Shown here piece after piece: positions 56,954-64,000 of a DNA stretch of 64,000 nt. Both the position numbers and the translations under genes were made by a program. The notes under the pieces are model-generated. The model did not search any database. It was not told where the DNA came from and saw only the letters and a list, made by a program, of their open reading frames with translations. Within the stretch, counting starts at the first letter, position 1. The number at the start of each line of letters is the position of its first letter. This stretch comes from Chrysomallon squamiferum (lineage: Eukaryota; Animalia; Mollusca): assembly GCA_012295275.1 (NCBI GenBank), contig CM022667.1, positions 15,748,001-15,812,000 on the forward strand, written 5' to 3'.

Positions 56954-59740
56954 CAAAACATGCTAAGTCAATGACAAATCATATGCTTAGAAATGCTTAT
57001 TTATCAAAAAGTAAATAAATAAATAAATAAAAGAAACAAAAAAATTACCTGTAATTGTTCCATGAACTTGTGTTCCATTTTTTAATTCTATGGTTACTGT
57101 TTCATGACTGAGTTTCATCAAAAACCTGAAAAACAGAATATAAAAAAGAATAATTTACATGAGTATGTTACCATTTTTTGAGAATATGTGACTTTTCATT
57201 TTTATCTCTTCACTAATGTAAGCAATGGAACAGGAATAAATGAGCCTGTGATGTTTTATTACTTATCTGTATTAGTCTACTGATTTTGTCACTGGCCTGA
57301 ATGAATAAGAACTTCATCCTGTACTATCTAGAACAGTAGTGGCAAAACAATGACATGCGTGTCAGCAGTGACACGTGAGAGCATTTTAAGTGACATGTGC
57401 GACACTGAGTACCCTTGGACATTGATTTAATATATTCTCAAATAGTTTTGGTCACGTAATTTAAAAGTTAATAAAAGAGAATTATAAAAGTAGTGGGTGA
57501 GAGCAGAACTCCTTGCTGTACTCTGTTAGCATATATATTCATATACTTGTGTGTTAAAATCATAATGTAATACACCATTTAACTATAGATTTAGAAGTGA
57601 CACACAACAATGTAAAAATGACTAAGATATAAAAGTATTGACATGCCTTGCTTCAAAGTTTTGCCACCACTGATCTAAAATATGCAGATATTTCTAAGGT
57701 GCAAAAAAAAAAGCAAATCTTACTGTAGTGCCAACACTGATGCTCTACTCATTTCGGAGTTATCAGTTTGACTGTGTAACAAGATTTCTGAGATTATGAA
57801 TTATGACCTAATTATACATCTAACCTTCTACACCAGTGCTTTCCCAGTTTGAGAATAAGAATAACAAGTAATGAGAGTTATAAATTAATTTATTTTATTC
57901 ATTAGATATGCTCTTAAATATTAACAAATTTAAGAAAACCAGATGCTGGTCATCAAATCTTTACTGTATTTTTGTCATTATCTCTTTCTCTAAGCACTGT
58001 ATGATTGATGTTTATTTTGTTATCACTATAACTATTATCAGTTCAAGAACACAAAGAAAATGTGGAAATTTTATAATAAATTTACTGAAGTACAAACAAT
58101 TTTTGATGAGGAGGTATTATGTTTCAAAATAACAGAACTGTTTGAAGGAATAAAAACCTTATTTTGAATTACATAATAATTCCCAGGAATGTGTGTAGCA
58201 TTATCACAAATGTACAAGTACCAACACTTGATCACATTTTAGCACAAAATGATAATATCAAAGGTATAAAAGTAAATTTAGTTAAAAACACTCTGGCACT
58301 GCTATGCCAAGTTATTTTCTCAGACATTTAAGAAAGTAACTACATAGAAAAATGTAATTTTGTATTCATGAAATAGGACACAAAATGAAACAGTTTGCCT
58401 GATACTGTATAAATATACTGTTTTGACATCTGACAAAATCTACTGATGATGGTTTATAATGTATTTTTAGCATATGTTTGCACTGATGATGTTGCACAAG
58501 TAGCAGATGGAGGAAAAGCAGCAAAATAAGGCAAATTTATGTACATCTAATATATGCAATCAAGATAAAAAAAAAAAAAAAAAAAAAAACACAAAAGGAC
58601 TGTGTGTTAGACAGAGGCATTATAAAAAGTTTTGTCTGCAAATGCTCTCTGCTGTAATTAAGCACTGACAACTCAGCCAGAAAAGAAAGACTCCTGAATT
58701 ACACAAAGAGGTATTTGTTCAGTACCATCACATCTACTTTCTAGAAAGAATAAAACAGAAGGTATACATCTTTCTACATTCTTTAATTGCAAGTGGTCAG
58801 ATTATGGACAGGGGCTATCTTAAAAATATGGAAACACAAATACTAGAGAGACTAGTTAGAACAGACGGTGCACTGTAGTACTGGCCACCCAGCCAAACTG
58901 CCTTATCAGGCACATTAAAATGTAACAAAATTAAAATGAGAATATTTACACAAGAATAAATATGATCAAAACTAATGATCATATTAAATATTAAAAAAAG
59001 AAGAATATAATGCACTATAACATTACACCTAACATGAAAAAGTTCTGTTTGTCACCTTCCAATTCCAAAACAGCGAACATACAGATGAACTATCATAGTG
59101 ATTAACTAAATACTGCTGATTACACTGAGCTTTTCAGAGTTTAAAAATATATATGATTATATCACTATTACTGTATTAGAATGCTCAGTTTATTATTATA
59201 AATATATTATATACATTAGTCTTAGACTCGATCTAAATTCTATGAAACTAATAGCCTAATACTAATAGGGAACATTTCGTAAAATGTTTTGTACTTGTTA
59301 CTGCGTTACACTGATACATTAAAACGTTTGTTGATGGTTTTAGCTACCGAAACTAAACAGACGCGCGCGCAGACACACTCACGCGTACATACACAAAAGG
59401 AAAAGCAGGGTGCGCAATGACAAAGGGACGAAATTTGTAGAAAAAAAACCCCGTATTATTTGAAGAAACGAGTAGATGAGCACATTATTAAATATATTTT
59501 TTAAATCAAGTAACAGGTATACAAATGTCAAGAAAGAAAGAAATAAACAAAACTAATTAGGTAAAATTATGTTTTATCCGTCAGCTTTGTATTTTCTTTA
59601 TTTGAACCGGTACGCCGACAACAGTAGTTTTTATACAAGTACGTAATCGAAAGAAAAACGATTAATTCCATTAAATTAACAAATAATAATGACAATCACA
59701 GTGATACTTCTTATATCAATTCTTACCGAACTAACTTCAT
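55698..59740 (-). CDS. SNRPD1: Small nuclear ribonucleoprotein Sm D1, 130 aa; exons 59740-59727, 57125-57049, 56627-56424, 55795-55698
   Basis: Spliced translation [46 protein letters not shown]...[23 protein letters not shown]...GRG-rich tail. All introns are GT-AG; total 393 nt. Confidence 0.97.
57334..57672. mobile_element. hAT (Charlie-like) MITE in SmD1 intron 1
   Basis: TIRs CAGTAGTGGCAAAAC / GTTTTGCCACCACTG; 8-bp TSD ATCTAGAA / ATCTAAAA (7/8 match). Confidence 0.8.
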
Positions 59741-60619
59741 GATGCGTCGGATTGTAACGCACCCTTTCGAAAATACTCAAAGCAATGGCGGCAAACGACA
59801 AACATACGAAACAACTTCCTAAAAAACCGAGCCGAACTTGGAACGCGGAACGATTTCAGAAATACGACAGAGGACACGAATGATTGGATGATTAAATAAA
59901 TAAATAAATAAATAAATATATAAATACGATATAAAATATAAATGAAATAAATTTCTGTTGATCTTAGTTATTCCAGGATAAAGAAATAACTAAAATAATA
60001 AGATTTTAATAGAAAATTAATAAAATATAATGAACAAATAAAATGAGCAAACGATAGAATGAATGATGATGATTTTCATAATAAATAAATAAATTTATTA
60101 TAAGAATAATAATATACATACACGTATGTATGTATGTATATATGTATGTATGTACGTACGTAAGTATGTATGTATGTATGTGTCTATATAAGCCAGTTTC
60201 TATTTGATTTCATAAACAAATTTATATCTTTAATTTACATGCATTTAACAGCTCGATGGTACACGAGTCTCTGCGTGTATGTGTTTGAATGTATGTGTGA
60301 GTCTTTTTGTGTATGTGTGTGTGTATGTGTGTGTACGTGGAGATATTTAACAAAATACTGATTCTAATGTGCCGAAGTGTTGTTTAAAAACACAGTTAAT
60401 TTCTTTTTAGTGCCGGATTTCTGGAAGAAAAAATAAGTTGGTACTGAATCTTTAAAAAAATAAATAAATAAATAAATAAAAAATAATAATAAATACTACA
60501 ACTACTACTACTACTACTGCTACTGCTACTACTACTACCACTACTAATAATAATAATAATAATTAATACATTTTTAATAATAATAATAATATATATATAT
60601 ATATTTATTTATTTATTTA

Positions 60620-60663
<44 letters not shown>

Positions 60664-61941
60664 TGACATTTAATAATTGATATAATGGACAAGGTCATCA
60701 TTTGCTGCTGGCAAGAATACAACAACCTTTTCACTTCTATATGACAAACCGTGATCCTAGCGCTGATCCTAAATTTCTCAGATGAGAGGGAACCCATCAC
60801 ACTACGATATAAACTTTTCGAAAGAATTTTAATTAATCAGTGCGCGTCGAATTTGTCTTTGATAAAAGCTACTTAGAAATAATTAGAGACATAAAATGTT
60901 TATGCGTTTTATTCACATTTCACTGATAAATATAAATTAACAAATGATGGACATATTAATGAATGGACGGACATGAACAGATGGGAGATCGATCTGAAGA
61001 AACTTTGCAGTAGAAAAATTATTATTATTATTATTATTAAAGAATGAATGATTTTTTACGAATATCGAGGTTAGAAGAGACAAAAGACTACGTCATTCCT
61101 TGCATTAGTTTTACGAATGAGCAAACAGGAATCTTTTTATAAGCACCTTCTCATAGATGATAATACACTAGAGGATAGGATGTATGAAAGAGTCAATTCA
61201 GGCGTAGGTGTTTTGTGTTCTGTTAGCATCTATGATTTTTTTTTTTTTTTTTTACGAAAGAAGAACAAAAGAAAAAGAAAAGGAATAACAACCAGATAAT
61301 AATAAATAAAATTAAATATAATAAAATACAAAACAAAAAAAAATAAAAAAAACAAAAGGCACTATTGTATTTGCTTATTTTGTTTTGTGTGCTAGTATTA
61401 GTTTCATTTTTCTACACACTTACTACATCGTAGTAAAACATTAATTTGCATATTTGTTAATCGTGTGAAATGAGCCGAAAGCTAAATGTCACATGATGTC
61501 AAACTGATTTCTGGTTTGTTCTTGTATTTTGTGAAGGCAAAGAAAATTATTACTTACCAAACACAGCCAGATATGACTATATGGTCACGTTTTGACAATA
61601 TAGTAATATTAGGTCATATTTGCTAACAACATCAAACATTTGTTTTCAAACAAAACCAAACACGGCTGAGCAGACGGGATTTTCTACACGTTCGCACATG
61701 TAAATGTTGACCTGAATATAGGACAGATTAAAACAACATTTATCAGTCTGGCTCTTTAATGCACTGATGTATTTTAATGATAAAGGAATTTAACACCGAA
61801 GAAAAAGTTCAGTTCATTATAGCGCCATGTTTTCCTAACACTTTCCGGCTAGCGCACGCGCTGACATTAGGTCGTCTGCTGCGATTTTTGCTCTCTCCCC
61901 TATTCTCTCGTTTATTTTCTTTTACCATCTGTGCCAGCACA

Positions 61942-61968
61942 ATGAAGGGCGAAATCGAGAAATTACTG
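61942..61968 (+). CDS. Possible first coding exon (MKGEIEKLL) of a gene running out of the window
   Basis: ATG followed by 9 codons and a consensus donor CTG|GTAAGT, downstream of a CpG-containing patch at ~61840-61885. No homology support. Confidence 0.3.
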
Positions 61969-62257
61969 GTAAGTTCCGATTTATTTTTGTTTTAATTTAA
62001 CCTGTTTTGTAATCATGTTTTCTTTAAAACAATAAAGCATATGGTGTTTAAAAAATGGATTTGTATATCAATATATCACGAAAGGCTGAAACAATAATTT
62101 TGCTTCCGTAAAAATCTGTTGCATGGTTGCGGCACGTCCATCAGAGAAACTGACATCTGGTGACCTCGGCTAAACACGGTTTATAACCACCGGCATGGTA
62201 ACCGATATTTATTCCACTACTTTGGACTGAAAATTTTACGGGGACCTGTTCATTTTC

Positions 62258-62288
<31 letters not shown>

Positions 62289-62989
62289 TAAAACGTTCTT
62301 TCAGCGAGACGGGTTATTCAGCTGCAGGTGAAATTGTTAAAAATAAACTAGTAAAATTAGGTTGTCCCGCTAACTTTTTAATATTAATAATTTTTCGAGA
62401 CGTCCAACTGTTTAAGGTTTAAAAACATTCTTCTCTGTACTGTAAGCCTAGAGTTTATGACAATAAAGTTATTGTCGTTTTCTATTTCGGATTTCGGGTG
62501 TATATTCAGGAACAAAATAAAAAATAAAAATAATAATAACAATAAATTTAAAAAGATATATAGAGTTAGTTTTGCCAACATCGGCACACAGTTACTCAAG
62601 TACTATCATTTCTTAAACAATTCCGGCAATTTGCACGTAATTAGGCTACCGGTGAGATGAAATGATCGCGCTTCTTTATAATTAGTATATGCAGCAAAAT
62701 GAACAAGATTATTATTAGTGTGTGCTGATGCCTAAATGAATTCACTCATTTAGATTTAGCGTCAAAAGCAGAAGTGAGCTTAATACATATAGCTCACATT
62801 TTGCATTGTCTTAATCGTAACGGCAAAGCGATCTGAAATACGGCGACGTGTCGAACTTTCTAAAACAAAATTAATAGAAAAGTTTTTTTTTTTTTTTTAT
62901 CAAATCCATTGTGTAAACAGAGAGATTTAGCTATGCAGGGTTTACGCTAGGCTAGACAAATAGAGAGAAGACACTTGCAGCTATTCATA

Positions 62990-63685
62990 CAGTTGGTCTC
63001 ATGATTTATTAAGTGCCCTGACTTACGAGTTTTCCGAGTTACAGCTGTCGCGATTTTTTGCTTTGAGTTGCGAGCCAAAATCCAAGTTACACGCGAGCTT
63101 CAGGTACGCCGCCGCTAGTTGGCGCAACGAACAACACAACATCCGGCCAGCAAACCGCGTTTCACTCATTTACTTCACGTGGTTACCTGGCCGTGGAAGC
63201 ATCTCTGTTGCGCTGTGTTCGTGTTGTGTCCAGTATTTTGTCAAATGTCTTTTTTTTTTACCATGCATCGTAAGAAAGTGAGTGCAAAGGACAGTGCTGA
63301 GACGAAGAAGCTGACGATGTCCATTGAATTAAAGCATGAAATCATAGAAATAAACGAGTGAGGTGTGCATCTAGTCGACTTGGCTAGGCAGAACGAGCGT
63401 AATACTACCATACTGAAGCAGAAGGAGTCGATAAAGGCTGTAACTCCAGCTAAAGGCGTTAAAATAATTTGTCTGATATCCAAGATAAATACACTTTGCA
63501 AAACCAATTTATTTCTTTACATTCTCATTTATTTTGTGTTTAACACAATATTTGTCGTTTATAATTACATTTTTCTTTGTTAAAAACAAGTTACAAAAAA
63601 ATTAGTTTGGTTTTGTGGGGGCTGGAACGAATTAATGGTATTTCAGTTAATTTCAGTTGGGAAAATTGATTTGATATAAGAGCAA
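62990..63685 (+). mobile_element. Tigger/pogo DNA transposon relic with truncated CENP-B-type HTH transposase N-terminus
   Basis: TA|CAG start. From 63263: MHRKKVSAKDSAETKKLTMSIELKHEIIEINE*GVHLVDLARQNERNTTILKQKESIKAVTPAKGVKII, which is Tigger1-like with an in-frame stop. Tigger-type subterminal block at 63620-63680. Confidence 0.85.
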
Positions 63686-64000
63686 AAAATAAAAATAGGC
63701 GATACTGCCATAGGTAAAAAGTAAGTATTTCGTCCATGTTATCCCCCCTTCTCGTGAACACTAATTATATGCAGCTTAAAATATGATTACCGGCAACTGT
63801 ACGAAACCAACATTTACATCCAGCAAATTAAAAAATCTGAATGGATCGACCATACACACAATGAACTTTCGTACACTGACGTTATTAAAATCATAAACAA
63901 ATTAAATCTTTTGCTGCTACTACCGAAAGCACACTTTTGCAGTCAGTGTTAAAAATGGAGGCCCTGATACAGGAGATAGCTTTGGAGAGATAGATGAAAA

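Noticed and set aside
63263-63480. Functional or domesticated TIGD gene, or the transposase for the 45-kb inverted repeats
   Set aside because: It has an in-frame stop and no DDE domain, and its ends do not match the 758/45789 repeats.

Overview
This is AT-rich, microsatellite-dense eukaryotic DNA with GT-AG introns, an SmD1 gene and Tigger/hAT elements. It looks like an invertebrate animal (possibly a mollusc; the taxon is inference). About 0.75-45.8 kb is a tandemly amplified minus-strand cluster. It holds three intact copies and several decayed copies of a spliced gene that joins a 10-TM phosphate-translocator (TPT/PPT/SLC35E-like) transporter exon in frame to a polysaccharide pyruvyl transferase (Pvg1/EpsI-like) exon. 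The predicted product is a PEP-transporter/pyruvyltransferase fusion of about 762 aa. The copies are separated by a ~1.1 kb composite satellite-like repeat, and the whole cluster lies between a pair of inverted repeats resembling DNA-transposon ends. To the right are a two-exon BTB-BACK (Kelch-like) gene, the four-exon snRNP SmD1 gene, several MITEs and a Tigger/pogo transposase relic. All calls were made by eye; no searches were run.
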